Shown here: piece by piece, positions 18,786 through 26,331 of the stretch | Layout: the number at the start of each line of letters is the position of its first letter | Numbering within the stretch: the stretch's first letter is position 1 | Source of the DNA: Candidatus Hadarchaeales archaeon | GTDB taxonomy: Archaea; Hadarchaeota; Hadarchaeia; Hadarchaeales; Hadarchaeaceae | Length of the DNA stretch: 32,000 nucleotides | Direction of reading: 5' to 3' | Assembly: GCA_038823825.1 (NCBI GenBank) | Contig: JAWBCC010000001.1 | Location: 120,001-152,000 of the forward strand | Program-made: the position numbers and the translations under genes | The notes under the pieces: generated by a model | Seen by the model: only the letters and a program-made list of their open reading frames with translations | The model's database searches: none | What the model was told of the DNA's origin: nothing

Positions 18786-18838
18786 AACTTTTTTGGATTG
18801 AGAGAAATTAATAAATCCCAGTTCTGTGTAAAAATTAT

Positions 18839-19930
18839 TTGATAAACTTGGCAAGCGTTACCCTGGAAAACGTCACCAAAAAATTTGGTCAAGTAACTGC
18901 AGTTGATAACGTTTCTTTAGAGGTTAAGGATGGGGAACTCGTTGTTCTTGTTGGGCCGAGTGGATGTGGAAAATCAACCTTGATCAGAATGATAGCAGGG
19001 CTTGAGACACCGGACGAAGGAAACATCTATTTAGATGATTTGCTTGTAAACGACTTGCCTCCCAAAGACCGGAACGTTGCAATGGTTTTTCAAGATTACG
19101 CTCTCTATCCACACATGACAGTTTTTGAGAATATGGCATTCGCTTTAGAGAATTTTGGATATGATGAGAGAGAAATTCGAAAGAGAGTCAAAGAGGCGGC
19201 CCATCTACTGGGAATCGAGAATCTTCTAGACAGGAAACCGGCGCAGTTATCTGGAGGTCAAAGGCAAAGAGTTGCACTTGGAAGAGCCATCGTTCGTGAA
19301 CCGAAAGTTTTCCTGTGGGATGAGCCGCTCAGCAATATTGACGCAAAACTGAGAGTCGAAATGAGGGCAGAACTGAGAAAGCTTCAGCGCAGGCTCAAGG
19401 TGACGACCATTCATGTTACGCACGATCAAGTCGAAGCAATGACAATGGCCGATAGGGTTGCCGTAATGAAGGACGGGAGGATAAGACAATTCGATTCACC
19501 GGAAAAAGTTTACAGCAAGCCTGCGGATGAATTCGTCGCGAGTTTCATAGGAAGCCCACCAATGAACTTCTTTGACTGTGTTTTGACGAGAAAGCGAGGA
19601 AAGCTCGTTATAGAGGCTGAAGAGTTTGTGTTGGATGTCCCAAGAGAACTGAAAGATATCCTCAAGGGTTTGGTTGGCAAGGAACTGAGATTTGGAATAA
19701 GACCCGAGGACATATGCTTTTCGACGAAGAAAGGCGGAATAAAAGCAAAGGTGGATGTTGTTGAGCCATTGGGAGCAGAAGTTCTTGTTCATCTTCTAAT
19801 CGGCAAATCTCCAGCCATGATGCGGACGGATCCGAAGAGTGCACCGAAACCTGGTGAAATGGTTTTACTCGAGTTCCCATCGGAGAAGTGGCACATCTTT
19901 GATAGAAAGACGACAAAGGCGATTATCTGA
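18839..19930 (+). CDS. Sugar ABC transporter ATP-binding protein (MalK/MsiK-like) with a C-terminal TOBE-like regulatory domain
   Basis: Walker A GPSGCGKST, signature LSGGQRQR, Walker B VFLWDEPLS, H-loop HVTHD. Candidate starts are TTG 18839 or TTG 18848 (MASVTLENV). Confidence 0.95.
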   Translation: MINLASVTLENVTKKFGQVTAVDNVSLEVKDGELVVLVGPSGCGKSTLIRMIAGLETPDEGNIYLDDLLVNDLPPKDRNVAMVFQDYALYPHMTVFENMAFALENFGYDEREIRKRVKEAAHLLGIENLLDRKPAQLSGGQRQRVALGRAIVREPKVFLWDEPLSNIDAKLRVEMRAELRKLQRRLKVTTIHVTHDQVEAMTMADRVAVMKDGRIRQFDSPEKVYSKPADEFVASFIGSPPMNFFDCVLTRKRGKLVIEAEEFVLDVPRELKDILKGLVGKELRFGIRPEDICFSTKKGGIKAKVDVVEPLGAEVLVHLLIGKSPAMMRTDPKSAPKPGEMVLLEFPSEKWHIFDRKTTKAII

Positions 19931-22900
19931 GACTGAGAAGGATCTTTAAGATTATGCCAGCCACCACTGCGATTCCGATACTTACTCCTATGAATGTGTA
20001 GTCGAGCTTGGGTTTTTCTTCGAATATTTCGACCGAATATCCCAAATTGTTCTCTCCTCGATCCCAGACGGTTTCACCTCCGCCAATGGCTTTAATCATG
20101 AATGTGAGTTTTACATCCGCGAATGGTCCCAATTCTGCGATCCACCACCCGGTGGTTGGATCGATTTGCATCTGCGTTTCTCCGCTACTACCTTTGTTGG
20201 TCCACCAAACGACAAAAACGCTTTCAATTGTCCCTTCGGTCTGGCATGAAACTCGCACGAAATTACCAAAAAGAACATAGCTCGTGTTTTTTATTTTTAG
20301 ACCGACAGGAGGCAAAGGAGTTCTAACTTTTACAGTCAGAGTTTTCCTCTTTTCTAAAGATCCAGACTTAGCCGTGACTGTTATCTCATAATCTCCGTCT
20401 GAGGTTTCCCTTCCAACCGATATGAACAGGCTTGCCGTGAATGGCGGATAGCCATTTTCAGGATAGACCGAGAGCAGAAAACCTGACGGACCGGAAATTT
20501 TGAGTTCCACCAGATTTTCATACACCCCCAAATTTTCGATTCTTAACTCCACAGTTTGATTTTCACCTGCTCTCGCCTGAATCTGAGATGGTATGATTTC
20601 AAGTCGGAAGTCTGCCACGGGCAGCGCGACCGTATAGTATACAATGACTGTTTTTGTATTAACATCTTTCAGATTTAACCTAAGTTTTTCTCCGTCGACG
20701 TGCACTATGTCGTTTTCGCCATCTATTTCCACTGTTACAGCAGGAAGTCCAGCCGGTAGGGTCAGCTCAAGCAGAATCTGTTCATTTTGCGCAGAGATAT
20801 CGACCTTTTGCATATTTTCATTCCAAGAGTAACTGACCTTCAGCGGCTTCCCTCTCACAATAGTTCTGCCAGAAAGGAGATTCGTGTTCTCAAGAGGTTT
20901 AGGAGATATAACTGTATAGTTCTCGAACGGCTTTACCCCGAGGAACACTTGATAATACGTTCTCAAAAATTCTGCAATCGACCAAGCCTGCGTCCAGCAA
21001 CCTTTTGGCTTATCTCTATCACCATCGCTAATCTCGTGAATGGCCCCAACGTTTGCTTGCTGGAGTAGTTGCTTTTTGAATAAATGAAAGAGATGTGAAG
21101 CTTCCCCAAGCTTATTCGATTCTGCCATGACTTCTATCGCAGGACCAGATAACCACGGCCAGACATCTCCGTTGTGATATGCGGGTGGATCCCACGTTTG
21201 ATCGTCAATTCCAACGTAAAGCGGATCCGCCGGATTTAGCGATCTTACACCATGCGCCGCTATCAGTCCGCTTGAGATCGCAGTTTTAATGGCTTGCTCT
21301 ATTTTCTCTGAGGGAAGCAAATTCTCGGCTACGGAGATAGCTATTAGAGCGTTCGGTCGGATTCTAGCCACTGCCTGCCCTGCGGGTGTAATATAATCGT
21401 TGAGGTATCCTGTCGATTGGTTCCAGAATTTAGCTTCAAAGTTCTTACGCGCATTTTCGGCTATCTCCCACCACTTCGCACTCTTTTGATTTTGTCCCAA
21501 AATTCCAGCAATTTTTGCCGCATCATCCAGAGCCTTTATCCACAAAGCCTGTATCTCTACGGGTTTTCCTATCCTAGGATCTCTCGAAGTGTCCATCCAA
21601 GTTTCCAAATTGTCACTTCTGACGAAGCCGTCTGTTGGATCACCGTAGACCGCCCAAGTTCTCTCGATCGCTCTTTCGATCACCGGGAAGATGTCGGAGA
21701 GAAATCCACTATCTCCACTGTACAGATAATACTCATAGCATCTGATGATGAACCACAAGGTGGCGTCGGAGGTCGTATAGGCGCGCCAGTCACCAATCCT
21801 GTTCGGAATGCGACCGTCGCTTTCCCTCTGAAATCCTGCGAAGCTTAGGATTATCTCTTTTGCTTCTTGAAGTCTACCAGTAACGAGTGCAGACCCGCTC
21901 AGACTTATGAAAGTGTCTCTTCCCCACCCCTGATTGAACCAAGGAAGACCAGCCCATATCACTTTTCCAAATTCTTCATTCACGATCAAACTGTCAACGG
22001 AGGCTACAGCAAGCTTTAGAGCTTTTGTTAATGAAGGATCCGAGGTCTGAATCTCGCATGACTGTATGAGCGAAAGAATTCTGGATCTCTTTGTGTCCAG
22101 CAGGTCGGAATAGCTATTGATCGCCGATCTCGCTAAAGATATGGCTTCCTGAGAGGTTTTACCAACAGCAATGGCAAATAGGACATCCCGAGCATTTTCA
22201 ACGACAAGAGTTCCACTTCTATAAACGTTCCAAAAAATCCGTTGTTTGTTTTCTATTCTCATTTCATCGAAAGGATATTCGTGCGTGGCGCTTCCCCCTC
22301 CCGACTGATAGGTGGCTCCTTCTCGACAGGTGATTGCCACATATGCCACATTCTCTCTGTCGGACGCCCTAGAATGAAGTACAAGCACACCATTCTCGAA
22401 GTATTCCTCGTCGCTATATGAGATATCCAGAAATGGTGTGAATCTGATGGTAGACTGTGAATCTCCTGCGTATCTTACGAAGAAAACGTTTAGGTTATCT
22501 GGAAGGAAAATTTCTTCGGTCCAGCCACCGGCGGATCTGAGCAGTTTGTAAGGCAGATATGTAAAAGTTGATGGGGCGGGCGTAATTCTTTGCCCGCCGA
22601 TTTCGGTTGCCCAGCTTTCAACGACTCGTTTATTCTTCACAGTAAAACCGGAAAACTGCGAAATTGGCTCACCAGTAGTTGAAATCCAGAGAAAAGAGTC
22701 TTTCTTGTTTGTGAAAGTGCAAGCCAAAGACCATTCCGAGTTACCGGTGATTGAAAATTCGGGTTCACCGAATTCTATTGATGAGTTGAGCCACATCGGA
22801 AAATTCTCAAAGATTCCCAGTTCGCTTGGAACTTCTCCGGACATCCCCACAGATTTTACCGCGTTTTCGGCAGCTTGGAGCGCAAGATTCAGGGCTGTGT

Positions 22901-24191
22901 AGCACTTCTGTGCCCAATCCTGAGAATCCCAGAACCAGTAGCAACTTGTTTCTGCCATCGCAAAATATCCCCAAGCCCTTTTCATGTAGCTCTCTGCCAG
23001 TGATCCGTAAATTTGAGAATCGATTTGTTTGAGTTGTTGTCTAACCTCCGCAACTCTTTGCCACATCTCTCTGTCTAGCTGGCTACCGGCCCAAGTCGAG
23101 AGGTCTAATCTTGCTCCGCCTACTCCCCAGGAGCCGGTTTTTATCTTTATCACGTCGGTCGGGCGGTAGACTTCACGCAGATACTCGCTGATAGTGGTTA
23201 ACCTTATCCAACCTTCATTTTTGATTCGCTCAAGAAATCCTGGCCAGAACCAGTCGTAATATCCGGCTCCTGCCTGTCGCATCCATCCGTTTTCACCATC
23301 GCTTAGTATGACTACGAGGAAAGGTTTGCTCGGATCGTTGTTCCACTGCTGAATTATTCTGAGTTGATCAATCAGGTAAGCCGGATCGAAGCCATCCTGC
23401 TGGTTCTGACCGAGCCAGTGCTCCCTTGGAATGACGATTATAAAAACTCCAGCATATTCGGCTAGGTGCGGCCTGAAAGCCAGCTCACAGTATGTTCTGG
23501 ACCATTTGGTGTTATCCGATCCAATGATGTGAAAGCTGTCGAAAAAGACCCACTCTATTCCAAAACTTTTCAACCATGGGATTATATTTTCGCTGAAGGC
23601 GAGTTCGGGTGGAAAGAATCCCTTCGGAGTAACTCCAAAATATTTCTTACACCACGCCAGCATCTTCTGGAAGTGGATTTGTGCATCCTCTCTTTCGATT
23701 AGCGGGAATATTGGGTGATAGAAACCATCGATCACGAGTTCCAATCTACCTGTTTGAATCGCCCGTCTGTACTCGTCCCAGATACCCGCCAGACTTGTGT
23801 CTTTTGAAACGAAATTCTCTTTTGCCAGAAAATCGAGTTGCCACAGAAGCGAACCCGTAAAGTGGACAGTTATCTTTGCTTCCGGATAGGTGTTTACGAG
23901 CGTCGCTGGCCTAAGATAGCAGAAGCCACACTCTTCGAAGACATCTTTAACAGTCATGCTTGAACCAGGACTCGTTGGACTGTTGAAATAATCCCAGCCG
24001 ATCTGCATTCCAGGATGGTAGATCGGTTGGTGAAAATGAACAGCGAATGCGATGTAAAGGGGGACTTGTGTCTGGCTTTTTGATGGTCTTGGGAGTAGTG
24101 CGACAGCACCCAAAAGGACAAGTATAACCAACAGTATCGCAAGTCGCATTCGAATGTTTGTATTATCTCTTGCTGGTAATAAATGTTTCAT
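19923..24191 (-). CDS. Cell-surface multidomain glycoside hydrolase: GH57 domain + amylo-alpha-1,6-glucosidase (GDE_C-like) domain + Ig/NEW3-like domain + putative starch-binding module + C-terminal TM anchor
   Basis: Signal peptide (LAILLVILVLLGAVALLPRPSKSQ). GH57 conserved regions are all present: HFHQPIY (24018-24038), GRLELV, FPPELAFS (Glu codon at 23604-23606), LSDGENGW (Asp codon at 23298-23300), AETSCYWFW. GDE_C motifs: GLPWFNQGWGRDTFISLSG (about 21909-21929) and YHNGDVWPW (21153-21179). C-terminal module: WW..GWW..WDRGENNLGYSV (about 20022-20303). TM plus basic tail at the 3' end. Confidence 0.85.
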   Translation of the reverse strand: MKHLLPARDNTNIRMRLAILLVILVLLGAVALLPRPSKSQTQVPLYIAFAVHFHQPIYHPGMQIGWDYFNSPTSPGSSMTVKDVFEECGFCYLRPATLVNTYPEAKITVHFTGSLLWQLDFLAKENFVSKDTSLAGIWDEYRRAIQTGRLELVIDGFYHPIFPLIEREDAQIHFQKMLAWCKKYFGVTPKGFFPPELAFSENIIPWLKSFGIEWVFFDSFHIIGSDNTKWSRTYCELAFRPHLAEYAGVFIIVIPREHWLGQNQQDGFDPAYLIDQLRIIQQWNNDPSKPFLVVILSDGENGWMRQAGAGYYDWFWPGFLERIKNEGWIRLTTISEYLREVYRPTDVIKIKTGSWGVGGARLDLSTWAGSQLDREMWQRVAEVRQQLKQIDSQIYGSLAESYMKRAWGYFAMAETSCYWFWDSQDWAQKCYTALNLALQAAENAVKSVGMSGEVPSELGIFENFPMWLNSSIEFGEPEFSITGNSEWSLACTFTNKKDSFLWISTTGEPISQFSGFTVKNKRVVESWATEIGGQRITPAPSTFTYLPYKLLRSAGGWTEEIFLPDNLNVFFVRYAGDSQSTIRFTPFLDISYSDEEYFENGVLVLHSRASDRENVAYVAITCREGATYQSGGGSATHEYPFDEMRIENKQRIFWNVYRSGTLVVENARDVLFAIAVGKTSQEAISLARSAINSYSDLLDTKRSRILSLIQSCEIQTSDPSLTKALKLAVASVDSLIVNEEFGKVIWAGLPWFNQGWGRDTFISLSGSALVTGRLQEAKEIILSFAGFQRESDGRIPNRIGDWRAYTTSDATLWFIIRCYEYYLYSGDSGFLSDIFPVIERAIERTWAVYGDPTDGFVRSDNLETWMDTSRDPRIGKPVEIQALWIKALDDAAKIAGILGQNQKSAKWWEIAENARKNFEAKFWNQSTGYLNDYITPAGQAVARIRPNALIAISVAENLLPSEKIEQAIKTAISSGLIAAHGVRSLNPADPLYVGIDDQTWDPPAYHNGDVWPWLSGPAIEVMAESNKLGEASHLFHLFKKQLLQQANVGAIHEISDGDRDKPKGCWTQAWSIAEFLRTYYQVFLGVKPFENYTVISPKPLENTNLLSGRTIVRGKPLKVSYSWNENMQKVDISAQNEQILLELTLPAGLPAVTVEIDGENDIVHVDGEKLRLNLKDVNTKTVIVYYTVALPVADFRLEIIPSQIQARAGENQTVELRIENLGVYENLVELKISGPSGFLLSVYPENGYPPFTASLFISVGRETSDGDYEITVTAKSGSLEKRKTLTVKVRTPLPPVGLKIKNTSYVLFGNFVRVSCQTEGTIESVFVVWWTNKGSSGETQMQIDPTTGWWIAELGPFADVKLTFMIKAIGGGETVWDRGENNLGYSVEIFEEKPKLDYTFIGVSIGIAVVAGIILKILLSLR

Positions 24192-26239
24192 TTCCTTTTC
24201 ATCAGTGCAACGGCGGCAACGATTATCACAATCACAATCACACCGATGATCGGAAGAACTGGAATCTCGGTGGGTTTTTCTACGGGCGCTTCGACCTCCG
24301 CCACGAGCGGAACCGCAGGCACGACCGTGTATCCCTCAACGCCAAAGGCGTTCGTGTTGAATCCCGAGAGCACGGTTCTTTGATCACGACCAGGTGGCAC
24401 AATTATGTCTAGAACGTTCGGTGAGACACCGACGGCATATGCGGCCGAGTCAGCGCCCAAAATCTTCCACTCTCTCTCCGCTGGAGTTGCTTCGTTTTCT
24501 GGAAGCGCCAATCTCCAGCTCCAATATTCGCTGAAGCCATCCTGTGAGCCAGAAATGATTACCGCGTGCCATTTGTAATCAGTTGGAAGATCACCTAGGT
24601 ATTGTCTGACAATACTTTTTGGCAAGGAAGCCAAGACCGTTCTCGAAGCCAAGTCGCAGGAGACGGTAAGAACTCCAGTTATGACATCATATTGTCCTGC
24701 GAAGACCACCCAATTCCTTCTAGCCTTATGTGGCTTGTAGAATCCGGTTATTTGAATTCCGAAATCCCAAGCGTGGGCTTCTTCTATTTTAATTCTCGGC
24801 CCCTCCCTGCTAAATGGTATGGTCTCTCCTCCAGGCTTACAATCCACCCAGACTTCCACGAGTTGATAGGAGAAACCAGCTTCTCCGCTCCACACGTTTC
24901 CTCCAAGCCTGTCGGCGGCGAACTCCACGGCGAAATAATAGTTCTGCGCATCCTCGAAAAACATGAATTTTGTGATATCAAACAGACCCGTCTTGCCTTG
25001 GAAATATGCGCTTTCCGGATATCTGTAGGTGCCAGGTCCGTAATCATCACCCACTGGGTCGGTAATTTCAACAACTCTTTCTGCAACCCATATCTTGAGC
25101 GGAGCAGTGTGCGAAATTGTGCCGTCGCTTGCTCTAACGGTGATTTCATAGATGCCCGAGGTGGTTTCTTTTGCAACTGAGATCGTCAAAGTTGAGGTAA
25201 ACGGTGGGGTCCCACTGGTTGGACTGAAGTTTACACTAACCCCACTGGGCAATCCTGTTGCTTCAAGCGAAACCGTCTGTGAATATCCGAGGAATCTTTT
25301 AACATTAACAGAAACCTGTGCAGACTTTCCGACCTGAATAATCCTGCTGCTAGGTGTTACCGCGATTGTGAAATATGGTCTTCCCGGAATTGGTCCCACG
25401 GCTGGAACCCTAGCATAGGTCCCAGTGTTTTCATTGAATCCGAGGAGAACACTCTTCTGAGTCATACCTTCAGGAACAAGTATGTCCATCGGTCTCGGTT
25501 CGACTTTTGCAGCCATTACCCTTGATTGCCAAGTTGCTCTGGCAGCATCTGGATCGGGTAACCAGCGAATGAAGATGAGAGATTTTTCAACCATGGCTAC
25601 CTTTCTCCACGCTCCAAGGTTGTCAGAGCCGACGAGTACTGTGCAATACCAAGGAGCTGATTCACTTGGGGATCCAACGACGGATTTTGGCACGCTTATT
25701 TGAACTTTCCCAGTTGCTTGGTTAGCTGTTACGAAGACATCGAAAACTTCTCCCGTTTGCCATCTTCCATGTGTGTTGTATCTTCCGCCGTAATTTCTCG
25801 GCCAGCCGTTCGCTCTCACCGCCCACTTCCAGCCATTCTGAATTACGACCTTCGCCGAATCCTCTGTTTCCGTGTCCGAGACGGGGATGACCGACGTGGC
25901 AGTCCCTGTTCCATCGTTTACGTAAATCTCTATGAGTTGAATGGAGAATCCATGTGGAGCACCATCTGGGTTCCCGCCGAGATTTTTGAATGTGAGTTCG
26001 AAGATTATGTTTGTTCCATCATCCTTGACCGCAAAGTAAGTCAGATCGAAAACTCCAGGAGCAAACTTGGGGTCCTCCGGATACATGAAGTCGTCAATTC
26101 CGTGGTCATCATCCTCCGGATCCTCCATCTCAAACAGGACGTTTACAGCTTGAGCTTTCGACGGTCTCGGTAGAATTATGAGCGAGAGCATCAGAAAGCC
26201 CACAATCAATATACATATTTCTCTCTTCATTCCCTCCAT
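24188..26239 (-). CDS. Cell-surface, apparently non-catalytic protein with two glucodextranase-C-like (SLH-like binding module) domains flanking an Ig/NEW3-like domain; C-terminal TM anchor
   Basis: Signal peptide (ICILIVGFLMLSLIILPRPSKAQA). Copy 1 (about 25395-26137) has EDPEDDDHGIDDFMYPEDPKFAPGVFDLTYF. Copy 2 (about 24310-25075) has TDPVGDDYGPGTYRYPESAYFQGKTGLFDITKF. The copies end in ILVPEGMTQKSVLLGFN and IIVPPGRDQRTVLSGFN. No glycosidase motifs were recognised. The C-terminus is IIGVIVIVIIVAAVALMKRK. Confidence 0.6.
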   Translation of the reverse strand: MEGMKREICILIVGFLMLSLIILPRPSKAQAVNVLFEMEDPEDDDHGIDDFMYPEDPKFAPGVFDLTYFAVKDDGTNIIFELTFKNLGGNPDGAPHGFSIQLIEIYVNDGTGTATSVIPVSDTETEDSAKVVIQNGWKWAVRANGWPRNYGGRYNTHGRWQTGEVFDVFVTANQATGKVQISVPKSVVGSPSESAPWYCTVLVGSDNLGAWRKVAMVEKSLIFIRWLPDPDAARATWQSRVMAAKVEPRPMDILVPEGMTQKSVLLGFNENTGTYARVPAVGPIPGRPYFTIAVTPSSRIIQVGKSAQVSVNVKRFLGYSQTVSLEATGLPSGVSVNFSPTSGTPPFTSTLTISVAKETTSGIYEITVRASDGTISHTAPLKIWVAERVVEITDPVGDDYGPGTYRYPESAYFQGKTGLFDITKFMFFEDAQNYYFAVEFAADRLGGNVWSGEAGFSYQLVEVWVDCKPGGETIPFSREGPRIKIEEAHAWDFGIQITGFYKPHKARRNWVVFAGQYDVITGVLTVSCDLASRTVLASLPKSIVRQYLGDLPTDYKWHAVIISGSQDGFSEYWSWRLALPENEATPAEREWKILGADSAAYAVGVSPNVLDIIVPPGRDQRTVLSGFNTNAFGVEGYTVVPAVPLVAEVEAPVEKPTEIPVLPIIGVIVIVIIVAAVALMKRK

Positions 26240-26258
26240 CTAAAGTATTCTTCTGCGG

Positions 26259-26275
26259 TTTTTATATCTTTCGAA
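26259..26275 (-). promoter_or_regulatory. Candidate BRE+TATA (minus strand: CGAAAG-ATATAAAA) for the 24188-26239 gene
   Basis: The TATA is centred about 25 nt upstream of ATG 26239, which implies a leaderless or near-leaderless mRNA. Confidence 0.35.
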
Positions 26276-26295
26276 AAAGTTTCCAGCTTCAGGCG

Positions 26296-26307
26296 AAACT
26301 TTTATTA
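26296..26307 (+). promoter_or_regulatory. Candidate BRE+TATA (CGAAAC-TTTTATTA) for the giant + strand ORF
   Basis: The TATA is centred about 28 nt upstream of GTG 26332, which implies a leaderless or near-leaderless mRNA. It mirrors the minus-strand element in the same 92-nt intergenic region. Confidence 0.35.
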
Positions 26308-26331
26308 GGAATATATGGAAAAAATTAAAAG

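Noticed and set aside
18757-18838. A Thermococcales TGM operator (TATCAC-N5-GTGATA) in the sugar-transporter promoter
   Set aside because: The motif is absent from this region and from 26240-26331. Only a weaker AT-rich palindrome is present, which I reported separately with low confidence.
1271-25703. The many short ORFs in the track that are nested inside, or antisense to, the large annotated genes, for example 3155..3676, 7634..8107, 10089..10601, 21417..21848, 24602..25180 and 25700..26173
   Set aside because: Each overlaps a longer ORF that has strong family motifs. None has motifs, a plausible start context or an independent intergenic position.
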